A model generated the notes under the pieces. It was not told where the DNA came from and made no database searches. It saw nothing but the letters and a program-made list of their open reading frames with translations. This document shows, piece by piece, positions 26,192 through 35,202 of a stretch of DNA of 64,000 nt. Numbering within the stretch: position 1 is the stretch's first letter; every line of letters starts with the position of its first letter. The position numbers and the translations under genes were made by a program. Location of the stretch: the IMG/VR virus record IMGVR_UViG_3300020401_001763, positions 4,952 to 68,951 of that record. The stretch is one strand, 5' to 3'. This stretch comes from a virus.

Positions 26192-27330
26192 TGGGACTCA
26201 CAGCACTAAAAGGTAAAAAATCAAAAAAGAAAATAGCAAGAGCAAAGGTTCGTACTGGTGCGAATGCCGCTCCAATTGAACAAGGTTTAGAAAGTGTACA
26301 ATATTACTTTCAAAACGAAGTATCTCGTAAAGATGCTATTGAACAAGTAAAGACATATGTCAAAAATACTTTCAGTAAGCAAGAGGCAAGATACATCTTG
26401 TCAAATCCTGAATATAAACTCTTACCAAGTTACTATTCAGCAGCTACTGCTTTCTTTATCAATAGTAATCTTCAAGACGATAAGTTACCTTATTGGCAAG
26501 AAGCTTTACAAAAGCGTATGACAGATATTATCGAATCTGGTAAAGTACTCTATAATGAAAAGCAAAAGGCTAAGAAAGATAGTGCTAATGTCATTACACT
26601 ATCTCCTGCTCAAAGATTGCAGAAAAAGATTAGTAATACAATTATGCAAGATCTACTCGAACTCGAAGACGATTGGATCGACGGAAAAGAATCTACTATC
26701 AATCTATATGATAGGTTCAAGTTCCATGGCTTGGCAGGCTCCGCTACACTGCCAGTTCGTGGGGTGGTTGAGGGCTGGTTGCTAGATTATGAAGATGCCT
26801 ACCATAAAAGATGTGACCAAGCAGTTGAAGGGTATTCTCACTTGAAGAGATCAGAACTCAACCGCCGTATTAAAGCGTGTAATGATATGTTATCAGATCT
26901 TGATAGCATCAAAGCAGCGACTAAGGCAAGTAGAACTATAAAGGTTAAAAGACCTAAGTCTGCAGATAAGCAAGTCGCTAAAGTTAAATTTAAAAAAGAA
27001 GATAATGACTTTAAAGTCGTGTCTATCAATCCAGTTCAAATTGTTGGTAAGACTAGGTTGTATACCTTTAATGCCAAACATAGAGAACTCAGTATGTTCT
27101 ATACCGATAAACCAAGTGGATTTGAAATATCAGGTTCAACTATAAAGTACTTCGATAAAGAACAAAGTATTAAGGTTAGGTTAAGAAAGCCAATGGATAT
27201 ATTGCCATTGATTCTCGATAAGACTCCTAATCAAATACAAAAAGAGTTATCAAACCTTTCGGTAAAGGTTAACACTCCTAATGGTAGACTCAATGAGGAA
27301 ACATTATTGTTAAGAGTGCTTGATAAATGA
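26191..27330 (+). CDS. conserved T4-like hypothetical protein
   Basis: DQAVEGYSHL, SINP..IVG, RLRKP and PNGRLNE motifs; upstream of gp33. Confidence 0.7.
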   Translation: MGLTALKGKKSKKKIARAKVRTGANAAPIEQGLESVQYYFQNEVSRKDAIEQVKTYVKNTFSKQEARYILSNPEYKLLPSYYSAATAFFINSNLQDDKLPYWQEALQKRMTDIIESGKVLYNEKQKAKKDSANVITLSPAQRLQKKISNTIMQDLLELEDDWIDGKESTINLYDRFKFHGLAGSATLPVRGVVEGWLLDYEDAYHKRCDQAVEGYSHLKRSELNRRIKACNDMLSDLDSIKAATKASRTIKVKRPKSADKQVAKVKFKKEDNDFKVVSINPVQIVGKTRLYTFNAKHRELSMFYTDKPSGFEISGSTIKYFDKEQSIKVRLRKPMDILPLILDKTPNQIQKELSNLSVKVNTPNGRLNEETLLLRVLDK

Positions 27331-27575
27331 GTAATAAATTAGAAGACCAGTTTTTGACTAAGTCAAAATTCACTAAACTTATCGAAGCTACAGTGAGTGA
27401 TAAACATATACCTTACATGGATGCTATTCTCGATGTATGTCAAAAGAATGAAATCGAAATAGAAGACATTAAGAAGTTTATATCGCCTGTAATAAAAGAT
27501 AAGTTAGAGGCAGAAGCGATGGAATTGAATTTCTTACCGAAAAAAAATTCAATCGACTCATCGTTATTTGAGTAG
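27327..27575 (+). CDS. 33: late transcription coactivator gp33
   Basis: YMDAILDVC....IEIEDI.K.IS..IKDKLEAEAMELNFL motif; adjacent to gp32. Confidence 0.85.
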   Translation: MSNKLEDQFLTKSKFTKLIEATVSDKHIPYMDAILDVCQKNEIEIEDIKKFISPVIKDKLEAEAMELNFLPKKNSIDSSLFE

Positions 27576-27594
27576 ATGCTTATATATAATATAG

Positions 27595-27685
27595 GTAACT
27601 TTGTATCGCTATGATGTTGGCAGGGTTACATTAATATACAGCGTAATATTTCAGTTAATACTTCAGTAAATAAGGAGACAATACT
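27595..27685 (+). promoter_or_regulatory. putative gp32 translational autoregulatory leader
   Basis: Stem GTAACTTTG/CAGGGTTAC, possible pseudoknot CGCT/AGCG, AT-rich repeats before the TAAGGAG SD. Confidence 0.4.
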
Positions 27686-28570
27686 ATGTCATTCGAAACT
27701 CTAAAGCGCAATCGCGGCGCAAACATCAATAAAATTATTCAGGCAGCAGAATCCGCAAATGGTGGAGAAACTAAGTCCTATGCAGATGATAGGATTTGGA
27801 AACCTACAGTTGATAAGGCGGGTAACGGTTATGCTGTTATCAGATTCTTGCCTGGGAAAGACGGAGAGATTCCATTTGTTAGATATTGGGACCATGGATT
27901 TAAAGGTCCAACCGGTATGTGGTATATTGAAAACTCTCTAACTTCTATTGGTCAAAGTGATCCAGTAGGAGAACTTAACTCTAAGCTTTGGAATTCTGGT
28001 ATCGAATCAGATAAAGAAAAAGCCCGGGCTCAAAAACGTAGACTTCATTATGTTACAAACATCTATGTAGCAAATGATCCTTCAGCTCCTCATAACGAAG
28101 GTAAGGTATTTCTATATAAGTTTGGTAAGAAGATCTTTGATAAGATTTATGATCTTATGAATCCAGCATTTGCAGATGAAAAGCCAATCGATCCATTTGA
28201 TATGTGGGAAGGTGCAGACTTTAAACTTAAGATTAGAAATGTTGAAGGTTATAGAAACTACGACAAGTCTGAGTTTACTAGTCCTACTCAACTATTAGAT
28301 GGTAATGAAGATCAGTTGAAGACTGTATACGAAGGTATGCATGACTTAACAGAGTTTACCAATCCAAAGAACTATAAGACATATGATGAACTTAAAACTA
28401 AGTTGATGAGAGTTCTTGGTGAGGAAGCTACAGCTGGTGCTTACACCGTTAAGGAAGAGATTCAAATTAATGAACCTGTTCCAGCCATTGAACCGGTTTC
28501 TGCCGCTGAAATGGATGATGAGGCTCAGGATACTATGTCTTACTTTGCAAAGTTAGCAAAAGAAGACTAA
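27686..28570 (+). CDS. 32: single-stranded DNA-binding protein gp32
   Basis: DDRIWKP..DKAGNGYAVIRFLP, WYIENSLT, KFGKKIFDKI and YRNYDKSEF motifs; acidic tail. Confidence 0.95.
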   Translation: MSFETLKRNRGANINKIIQAAESANGGETKSYADDRIWKPTVDKAGNGYAVIRFLPGKDGEIPFVRYWDHGFKGPTGMWYIENSLTSIGQSDPVGELNSKLWNSGIESDKEKARAQKRRLHYVTNIYVANDPSAPHNEGKVFLYKFGKKIFDKIYDLMNPAFADEKPIDPFDMWEGADFKLKIRNVEGYRNYDKSEFTSPTQLLDGNEDQLKTVYEGMHDLTEFTNPKNYKTYDELKTKLMRVLGEEATAGAYTVKEEIQINEPVPAIEPVSAAEMDDEAQDTMSYFAKLAKED

Positions 28571-30448
28571 TTACATTATACCTGCAGCTACAAGATAAGG
28601 GTCTGCGGTGTCTACACCGGGGCCCTTATTCATTAGTGTAGTACCTCCAACCTTTACACTACGATCAGAAGCGTCGACGTTTCCTCCAGTGTTAACACTT
28701 ACATTACCACCAGTTCCTCCGCCACTTGTTCCAGATCCACTTGATAAAGTTGGTGGTTCAACACTCCCTGGTTTTACGGTAGTCTTTCCAAGTACAAAGT
28801 TAACTTTTTCTACCGTTTCTACGAGTTTGTCTATATTAAGATTTGGATTTAAGATACCACCTGAACCTTTTGGTCCAAAGTCTACTTCTTTCATACCATC
28901 AAAATAACCTGATCCAGCCTTACCACCATTAGCCATAACATTAAGTAAGTCATAACTTGATGATAGACTACTCGCTATATTTTGTATACTTCTTTTAAAG
29001 TTTGTTACTTTTAAATTTTGTAATGACTCAAATGACTTTCCAAAATTAACGAGAGCATTTCCCATTAAGTCTAAGCTCTTTATCATTTGTACGTCTAAGT
29101 CTTTTAATGGTGATAAAGAATCTACTATTGCAGCTATCTGACCTTTTCTTCTCTTATCTTGGTTAGCCTCCATGTTAGTGCCAAACAAAAAGTTAATTAC
29201 TTTTGTAGCACCTTCCATTATACTATCAGTTATAGCACCTAGGCCAGCCGATCCAAAAAACTTTAACATCGCAGGTCCTACACCAGACAATGCACTTACT
29301 TTATCTCCAATATTCGAATCGAGTTTTCCAAGTTCACCTAGAGCTTCTGCCATATTCTTCATAATGACTTTAAGGCCGCCTCCAGTTACTCCCATCTTGT
29401 TGAAGAGATCACCTACACCAGCCAAAGCTCCGAAGAAGCCAGCTACACCAGCACCAATCAATGTCATACCAATTGAAGCCATACCAGCTAATGGCGCACC
29501 AAATAATCCTAGTGCAGCGCCAGTTCCCATGAATGCACCTAGTGCTTTTAAACTATCTGGTGAAAAAGCATTAAGCGCTTCTGCTACGTTCTTCATCATG
29601 GTCGTAATAGCAGAACCATCTACGTTTAGTAATTGAGTTAGCTTATCACCTACACCTAAAGCTGTAAAGAATCCAGCGATACCAGCTCCAATAGCTGTAA
29701 TTCCAACGGCCGCTTTTGCCGCCTTACCTACACCAAATAAAGCTGCAAGCGCTCCACCACCTGCCATAAGACCACCAAGCTTTACCAAACCTTCATTTGA
29801 AAGAGAACCTAATGCCTCACCAAAATTCTTTAAGAACGCAGATATATTCTTTCCACCGCCACTATCCATCATTTCCATAGCTTTATCAGATGCGGCTAAA
29901 GCCGTAAAGAAACCAGCTATTCCAGCTCCCATAAGAGCTATTCCTGCTCCAGCACTAAATCCCTTACCAAGTGCTCCAAATATAGCACCGGTCGCTAGAA
30001 CCGCGCCAATGGCCTTCAGACCATTACCACCAAGACCTTCAAGGCCTTCACCTAAGTTAATCAATAATTTTTTAAGATTGTCACCACCACCAAACTTTTG
30101 CATGATAGCTTCGGCTCCAGCAAGTCCCATAAAGAAAGCGCCAACACCTGCACCTGCCGCTCCTATACCAATTCCTGCTCCACCAAGTATTGCTCCTAGA
30201 CCTTTACCACCTAAGAAACCACCAAGGCCTGACATGATACCACCGCCACCAGATTTTTTACCACCTCTGGCTTGTGCTGCTGCAGCGGTATTGGATCCTT
30301 TTTCTCTGCCTTCTTCTAGTTTTCTTCTAGCTTCATTGGCAAAATAAGCACCAAACATGTTTTCAAGACCGGCGATACCAGCATTGATATCGACATTAGT
30401 CTGGTTGTTTTCTTTAAGCTGTTCAATTACGTCTACTAGTCTAGCCAT
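28571..30448 (-). CDS. tape measure / baseplate hub protein (gp29-like)
   Basis: 625 aa, Gly/Ala-rich with repeated GAGIAGFF.AL units; downstream of gp26/gp51. Confidence 0.6.
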   Translation of the reverse strand: MARLVDVIEQLKENNQTNVDINAGIAGLENMFGAYFANEARRKLEEGREKGSNTAAAAQARGGKKSGGGGIMSGLGGFLGGKGLGAILGGAGIGIGAAGAGVGAFFMGLAGAEAIMQKFGGGDNLKKLLINLGEGLEGLGGNGLKAIGAVLATGAIFGALGKGFSAGAGIALMGAGIAGFFTALAASDKAMEMMDSGGGKNISAFLKNFGEALGSLSNEGLVKLGGLMAGGGALAALFGVGKAAKAAVGITAIGAGIAGFFTALGVGDKLTQLLNVDGSAITTMMKNVAEALNAFSPDSLKALGAFMGTGAALGLFGAPLAGMASIGMTLIGAGVAGFFGALAGVGDLFNKMGVTGGGLKVIMKNMAEALGELGKLDSNIGDKVSALSGVGPAMLKFFGSAGLGAITDSIMEGATKVINFLFGTNMEANQDKRRKGQIAAIVDSLSPLKDLDVQMIKSLDLMGNALVNFGKSFESLQNLKVTNFKRSIQNIASSLSSSYDLLNVMANGGKAGSGYFDGMKEVDFGPKGSGGILNPNLNIDKLVETVEKVNFVLGKTTVKPGSVEPPTLSSGSGTSGGGTGGNVSVNTGGNVDASDRSVKVGGTTLMNKGPGVDTADPYLVAAGIM

Positions 30449-30632
30449 TTCCCTGTCTCTGTTTTAGTTCTTCTTCTTTAATTAAGTCAACTAACATTCC
30501 AACATATACTTCTTTTTCCCACGGTATCAAATTGTCTATCTCACTAAGCGAATACTTATGGTGTTGCATTAAATCAAAATTTGTTTTATAATACGCATGC
30601 AACGACGTATGAGATAGACTAATTATAAAAAA
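30441..30632 (-). CDS. 51: baseplate hub assembly catalyst gp51-like ORF; probably reached by -1 frameshift from gp26 (first ATG at 30569)
   Basis: Manual translation ..SLSHTSLHAYYKTNFDLMQHHKYSLSEIDNLIPWEKEVYVGML..; not in ORF track. Confidence 0.75.
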   Translation of the reverse strand, partial: FFIISLSHTSLHAYYKTNFDLMQHHKYSLSEIDNLIPWEKEVYVGMLVDLIKEEELKQRQGNG

Positions 30633-31336
30633 CTTTGCAGGCCCTCCAACACTACGGTGTTTTTCTTCTTACATTTACCACATTCATAATTTACGTCATA
30701 AGTAAGTTTTGGAATCTTTTCAACGTATTCCCTAACCTTACCAAACTGTTCTTGAGTCATAGACTCTAAAAATTCTTGAAACTCTTCGTGAGAAGTTTCA
30801 TTCATATCGATTCTTTCTTCATCTGTCATTACAGACATAACTGATTCTTTAATCAAAGCAAAAGCCTGTTCAGTCTTGTCAAATCCAATTGCCTTTTCGT
30901 TTTTCATCATAGACATAAAAGTCGGGTGCTGCATTTCTAGCACTATATTATCTGTGATCTTAACTTCATTACTATCGGTCTGACCTTTCATTTCAATCTT
31001 ACTTAAATCGATAGTTACTTCTGTCTCATGTTGATCTTCGCACTTATCACATTTAAGTAATACTTTAGTTGTCTCACCAACTGACTTTGCTCTTATCTGT
31101 AAGAACAAGTACTCTATATCGTAGCCAGTTAGTTTTTTAGTATCTACTTCATCTAAGATACAAGCTGTTACAGCATCTAGCATAGCCATAGCAATTTGTT
31201 GAGGATCTTGAGATTCTAAAGCAATCAACATAACTTTTTCTTCTTTGACAAGAAAAGGTCTTACTGATACTTTTTTATTTAATGATGGTACCAAGATTTG
31301 ATACTTAGGTACGTTATTTAGTTTTGGCAGTGCCAT
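30623..31336 (-). CDS. 26: baseplate hub subunit/chaperone gp26-like
   Basis: MALPKL..P.Y, RPFLVKEEK, DIEYLFLQIRAKSVGE, two CxxC and LEGLQSF end. Confidence 0.85.
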   Translation of the reverse strand: MALPKLNNVPKYQILVPSLNKKVSVRPFLVKEEKVMLIALESQDPQQIAMAMLDAVTACILDEVDTKKLTGYDIEYLFLQIRAKSVGETTKVLLKCDKCEDQHETEVTIDLSKIEMKGQTDSNEVKITDNIVLEMQHPTFMSMMKNEKAIGFDKTEQAFALIKESVMSVMTDEERIDMNETSHEEFQEFLESMTQEQFGKVREYVEKIPKLTYDVNYECGKCKKKNTVVLEGLQSFL

Positions 31337-31349
31337 TTCATTTCACTCC

Positions 31350-31979
31350 TTAAAATAATGAGATTCCACCAAGAGGTGTTTGTATGTCCATATTAATAAA
31401 GTTCTGCACTCCACTGGCAACTCTCCAGTTAGTATATGCAAATGTAACGGTCAATTGGACTAGACCGTCAAGTTCGTTATTTAAGTCTACCTGACTAGTA
31501 TTTATTGGAAAAGCATCGATCAAATCTACGCTGTAAACTGAACCGCCTCCAAGTCCAAGGTTAAACCTAATAGGTCCTAGTTGTTTACTAAATCCTTTCA
31601 ATGGTTGCCTTAATTGATGGATTTGTACTGTCCTTGCGTATTCTTTCTTATAATTAGATTCCATACCGGTCTCATTTATTACTGATGAGCGCCAGTTATC
31701 AAAATATTTTTTAACTCCATAGTCATTCATAAGATAAAAAGTCATAGACACGTCGTCTACAGCATAGCCATAAGCCATCTTTTGAAACTCCATACCTATT
31801 CGTCTTTCGTTAGTTATGATAGTTTTTGCTGGTAAGCTGGCGTTGCTGCAAAGTATGTTAATGTTTCTAGTACTTTCACCAGCAAAAGTTCCGGGCAAAG
31901 TAACTAGAAATTTATTGTTTCTCGCAAAACCTAATTTAACCGAGGCTAAAGCTTTTAATTCATCTACACTAGTTGCCAT
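31350..31979 (-). CDS. tail tube initiator gp54-like (tail-tube fold)
   Basis: ARNNKF.V, C.NASLP, VSMTFY, YFDNW, DAFPI and LTVTFAY..W motifs; ATG 31979. Confidence 0.65.
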   Translation of the reverse strand: MATSVDELKALASVKLGFARNNKFLVTLPGTFAGESTRNINILCSNASLPAKTIITNERRIGMEFQKMAYGYAVDDVSMTFYLMNDYGVKKYFDNWRSSVINETGMESNYKKEYARTVQIHQLRQPLKGFSKQLGPIRFNLGLGGGSVYSVDLIDAFPINTSQVDLNNELDGLVQLTVTFAYTNWRVASGVQNFINMDIQTPLGGISLF

Positions 31980-32562
31980 TAGCAGCTCTCCTAGAATCAG
32001 AGTATATACTTCCTGCACTAGACTTTTTCCATGACGCGGTTGGAAGAAACGTAGCGATTTCCCATTCAGGCGCAGGCACTTCAGCAAATTTTGATTTTAC
32101 ATGACTAAGTAAGTAATGTTTAAAGCAAGGCTTAAAATATCTAAACTTTCGAGTGCCACTCAATAAACTATATGTCAATCTAAATTTGGTAGTGTTATCG
32201 TATTTTTTGTTATTAGTTATTTCTAGCAATCCATCTAAAAATTTAGCTCTTAATATAGGAGGAAGATAATGTAAGTTAACTCCATAGAATCCACCTTTAG
32301 CTGGTTCTACTGGAATTGTAAGTGGAAATGTATCGTAGTATGGCAGTTTATCTTTTGTCTTTGGATCGTAAAAAAACATAAACATTCCACCATAACTATG
32401 AGTACGAACTTGTTCTAATTCATCTTCTCTCATAAGCTGTTCACGATTTATTCTTGTTAGCCTTTGGATTCTTTTACGAAACCACTCTCGAGATTCAGCT
32501 GTACGTGGTGTGATACCAGCTCTAAATGCTTCTAGTTCTAGTTTTTGAAAGAGATTGCTCAT
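31969..32562 (-). CDS. 2: DNA end protector gp2
   Basis: FFYDPKTKDKLPYYDTFPL, GVNLHYLPP and PCFKHYL motifs. Confidence 0.9.
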   Translation of the reverse strand: MSNLFQKLELEAFRAGITPRTAESREWFRKRIQRLTRINREQLMREDELEQVRTHSYGGMFMFFYDPKTKDKLPYYDTFPLTIPVEPAKGGFYGVNLHYLPPILRAKFLDGLLEITNNKKYDNTTKFRLTYSLLSGTRKFRYFKPCFKHYLLSHVKSKFAEVPAPEWEIATFLPTASWKKSSAGSIYSDSRRAANGN

Positions 32563-32567
32563 ACTTC

Positions 32568-32575
32568 TATTTATA
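32568..32575 (-). promoter_or_regulatory. T4-type late promoter TATAAATA
   Basis: Exact gp55 consensus just upstream of gp2. Confidence 0.7.
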
Positions 32576-32576
32576 A

Positions 32577-33080
32577 CTATTTTTTGCGCTTTTTACGCCT
32601 GAATTGTTTTAATGGCCTATATGTACCTTTGAGCTTTCCAGGGACTGGTTTTTGCATAAGTTTCATTTCTTGTAAAGTTTTTTCAGTCCATATTTGAAAC
32701 TCCCATCCCCTATCTTTAGCAAATTCATTTGCGGCTTCCCACTTATTCATATTTTTTATATATGTTAAACCTTCACTTATGTACTGCTTAGTCTTTCTTT
32801 TACCTTCAGGTGGTCGTGTTTCTTTTTCTGGTTTTATCTCTACTAAGAGAGTTTTATCATCAAATACTATTTTCATGTCAACAAAATATCTGTGGTATTT
32901 CTTATCAACTTCATAAAAATACGGCACTATAACTTCTTCAGAACTCCAATTTCTTACCTTTGGATTATTATCGCACCACTGAAATACGGCCTTCTCCCAT
33001 AAAGACCTATATACTACTTTAGAGGCATCACCTTTGTACTTTTGTCTGTTCTTAACCTTATATAAGCCTGAATAAACCAT
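32577..33080 (-). CDS. 4: head completion nuclease gp4
   Basis: KYKGD...VYRSLWE, WSSEE, HRYFVD, EIKP and KWEAA motifs. Confidence 0.9.
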   Translation of the reverse strand: MVYSGLYKVKNRQKYKGDASKVVYRSLWEKAVFQWCDNNPKVRNWSSEEVIVPYFYEVDKKYHRYFVDMKIVFDDKTLLVEIKPEKETRPPEGKRKTKQYISEGLTYIKNMNKWEAANEFAKDRGWEFQIWTEKTLQEMKLMQKPVPGKLKGTYRPLKQFRRKKRKK

Positions 33081-33089
33081 GATTTTCGT

Positions 33090-33097
33090 TATAAATA
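33090..33097 (+). promoter_or_regulatory. T4-type late promoter TATAAATA
   Basis: Exact consensus upstream of the baseplate operon. Confidence 0.75.
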
Positions 33098-33136
33098 GAA
33101 AAATAATACTTAACTATATCTATAAGGAAAAAAAAT

Positions 33137-34471
33137 ATGCCAATGCTAGATTTTCCGGGAGCTAAGCTACAAAAGCTAGGTCCAAGTGGAGAAAAGATAG
33201 TTGCCAACGCCGTACCAGGGTTAGATGCTTTTGGTGGTGAAGGTCCTAAAATTAAAAACGTTCTATCTACCGCCACTTCAACAGTAGGTAATGAACTTTT
33301 AGCTTTTGCTCAATCATTACAAGGTCATGGTGAAGACTTAAAATATCCACTGGAAACTGGTAATCCAGCTTATCAGTCACGAGTAAAATTTCAAGTTTTT
33401 GAATTTAGAGCAAAGCAAGATGGTGTTACACAGAAATCTCATGTTAAACAACCGACTGACAATCTTGCTACCTCAGCAGGATCAGTAGATGGTATTGAAC
33501 ATGCTGAAGAATTTGCTGGATTAGGACCAGCAACTACGGCCTCTCAGAGTTTAAAAAGGCCAATGACACCTGATGAGGAAGATGAAGCATTGGAAGTAGC
33601 CGAAAGAGGTCTAGCACTTCAAACCGAAAAAGCTACGGCTGGAGCCTCAGCTGTAGAAGACTCTGTAACTGATACGGCCATAGGTAAAGCTGCCATAGCT
33701 GCAGTGTCGGGTGGATTAGACTTTCAACTTAAAAGAGACGAGCCAATCGTTGATCTGTATATGCCAATTTCTTTTAATTATGCTGATGGTGTACAATATG
33801 AAAACGCAAGTTTAGGAGCTTCAGGTGCTGTTTCGGAGGCTTTGATTAACGCAGGAGCTGATGTTGCTATGGGAGCCGGACAAGCAGTGGCGAACTTATA
33901 CAACGACGCCAAAGGTAGTTTCTTTGATCTACTAGACGGAAATATTGATCTAGCTTCTGACGCTTCGAGGTTTGGATTACAAAGAATAAACGAAATATTT
34001 AATCCAGTTACTGGAATCAAAAATGCTGTCACAGGCGCAACAAGAATGATTATCAATCCAAACGTAAGAGCTTTATTTAGAGGTGTTAATCTACGAGAAT
34101 TTGCGTTTCAATTTAAGTTCATTGCTGACTCTGCACAAGAAGCAGAACAAGTACGTAAGATAATCAAACACTTTAGAAAACAATTATATCCAGATACGTT
34201 TGGTGCATCATTTAATGTCGGTGGAACTACAGTAAATGCAGACGTTGGATTTAAGTTTCCACACGTATTTCAGATAAGTTTTCATCATAGAGGAAGTAGA
34301 AACTTAAAACTTCCAAAATTTAAGTATTGTTATTTAAGAAATGTCAATCACACTATTAATCCAACAGGTGGAGCATTACGTAGAGATGGACAGCCAAACG
34401 AAATAGATCTTACACTTAGCTTTGTAGAGTATAAGACACTAACAAAACAAGATATCGAACAAGGATTCTAA
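33137..34471 (+). CDS. 48: baseplate tail tube cap gp48-like
   Basis: LKYP, LYMP, NPN...LF.GV.LREF.FQFKF and IDLTLSFVE motifs. Confidence 0.75.
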   Translation: MPMLDFPGAKLQKLGPSGEKIVANAVPGLDAFGGEGPKIKNVLSTATSTVGNELLAFAQSLQGHGEDLKYPLETGNPAYQSRVKFQVFEFRAKQDGVTQKSHVKQPTDNLATSAGSVDGIEHAEEFAGLGPATTASQSLKRPMTPDEEDEALEVAERGLALQTEKATAGASAVEDSVTDTAIGKAAIAAVSGGLDFQLKRDEPIVDLYMPISFNYADGVQYENASLGASGAVSEALINAGADVAMGAGQAVANLYNDAKGSFFDLLDGNIDLASDASRFGLQRINEIFNPVTGIKNAVTGATRMIINPNVRALFRGVNLREFAFQFKFIADSAQEAEQVRKIIKHFRKQLYPDTFGASFNVGGTTVNADVGFKFPHVFQISFHHRGSRNLKLPKFKYCYLRNVNHTINPTGGALRRDGQPNEIDLTLSFVEYKTLTKQDIEQGF

Positions 34472-34472
34472 T

Positions 34473-35201
34473 ATGCTTTATTTTGAAGACTTTAAAACTT
34501 TACTATATAACTTTGGAAATGAAGTTGATCCAGTAGTATTTCAAGATATATCTAAGTACGCAGATGTAGTGGATCAGATTAAAGATAATCTAACGTTTTT
34601 TAATCTGCATTTTGTACAAGAAGGTTTCAGACCAGATCAAGTTTCAATACAACTGTATGGTACACCACTTTATTACTGGACTTTTTATCTTCTCAATGAT
34701 GATATTAGGCAGCAAGGTTGGCCATTAATCAGAGGCGAACTTGAAACATACACTAAAAAATTATTTCCAAACACGGTCTTAACTACAAGAAATGATATCG
34801 CATCAAAACTTAAAGTAGGACAAATTGCAACTGGAGTATCTTCTGGTGCAAGTGGTAAGATTATAAGAAGAAATCTTAATCTTGGCCAAATAGTAGTAGA
34901 AGGAACTGTAGGATTCAGAATTGGTGGAGAAAATATTAACTCAACAAATGCTGCTGGAGATCTTGAAACTATATTTGCGGTTTCTAGTGCAAATGAATAT
35001 CAATCAGAGTCTCATTACATCGATGGAAGTGGAACAATAGTAGATATAGATCCGCACGTAGGCCCGGGCGCGCTTCTCACTGGTAAAACTTTTGAAGAAG
35101 TATATTTTGATGTCAATGAGAGTTTACGTACTATAAAAATTATCAAGCCATCACTAATGAGCACAGTAATATCAGGTTATAAAAAAGCGATAAAGTCATA
35201 A
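34473..35201 (+). CDS. 53: baseplate wedge gp53-like
   Basis: YF..F, RPDQVS..LYG....YW..YLLND and NE..R.IKI motifs. Confidence 0.8.
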   Translation: MLYFEDFKTLLYNFGNEVDPVVFQDISKYADVVDQIKDNLTFFNLHFVQEGFRPDQVSIQLYGTPLYYWTFYLLNDDIRQQGWPLIRGELETYTKKLFPNTVLTTRNDIASKLKVGQIATGVSSGASGKIIRRNLNLGQIVVEGTVGFRIGGENINSTNAAGDLETIFAVSSANEYQSESHYIDGSGTIVDIDPHVGPGALLTGKTFEEVYFDVNESLRTIKIIKPSLMSTVISGYKKAIKS

Positions 35202-35202
35202 A

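Noticed and set aside
28608-30347. Pro-rich plus-strand ORFs
   Set aside because: Antisense shadows of the Gly/Ala-rich tape-measure-like gene.
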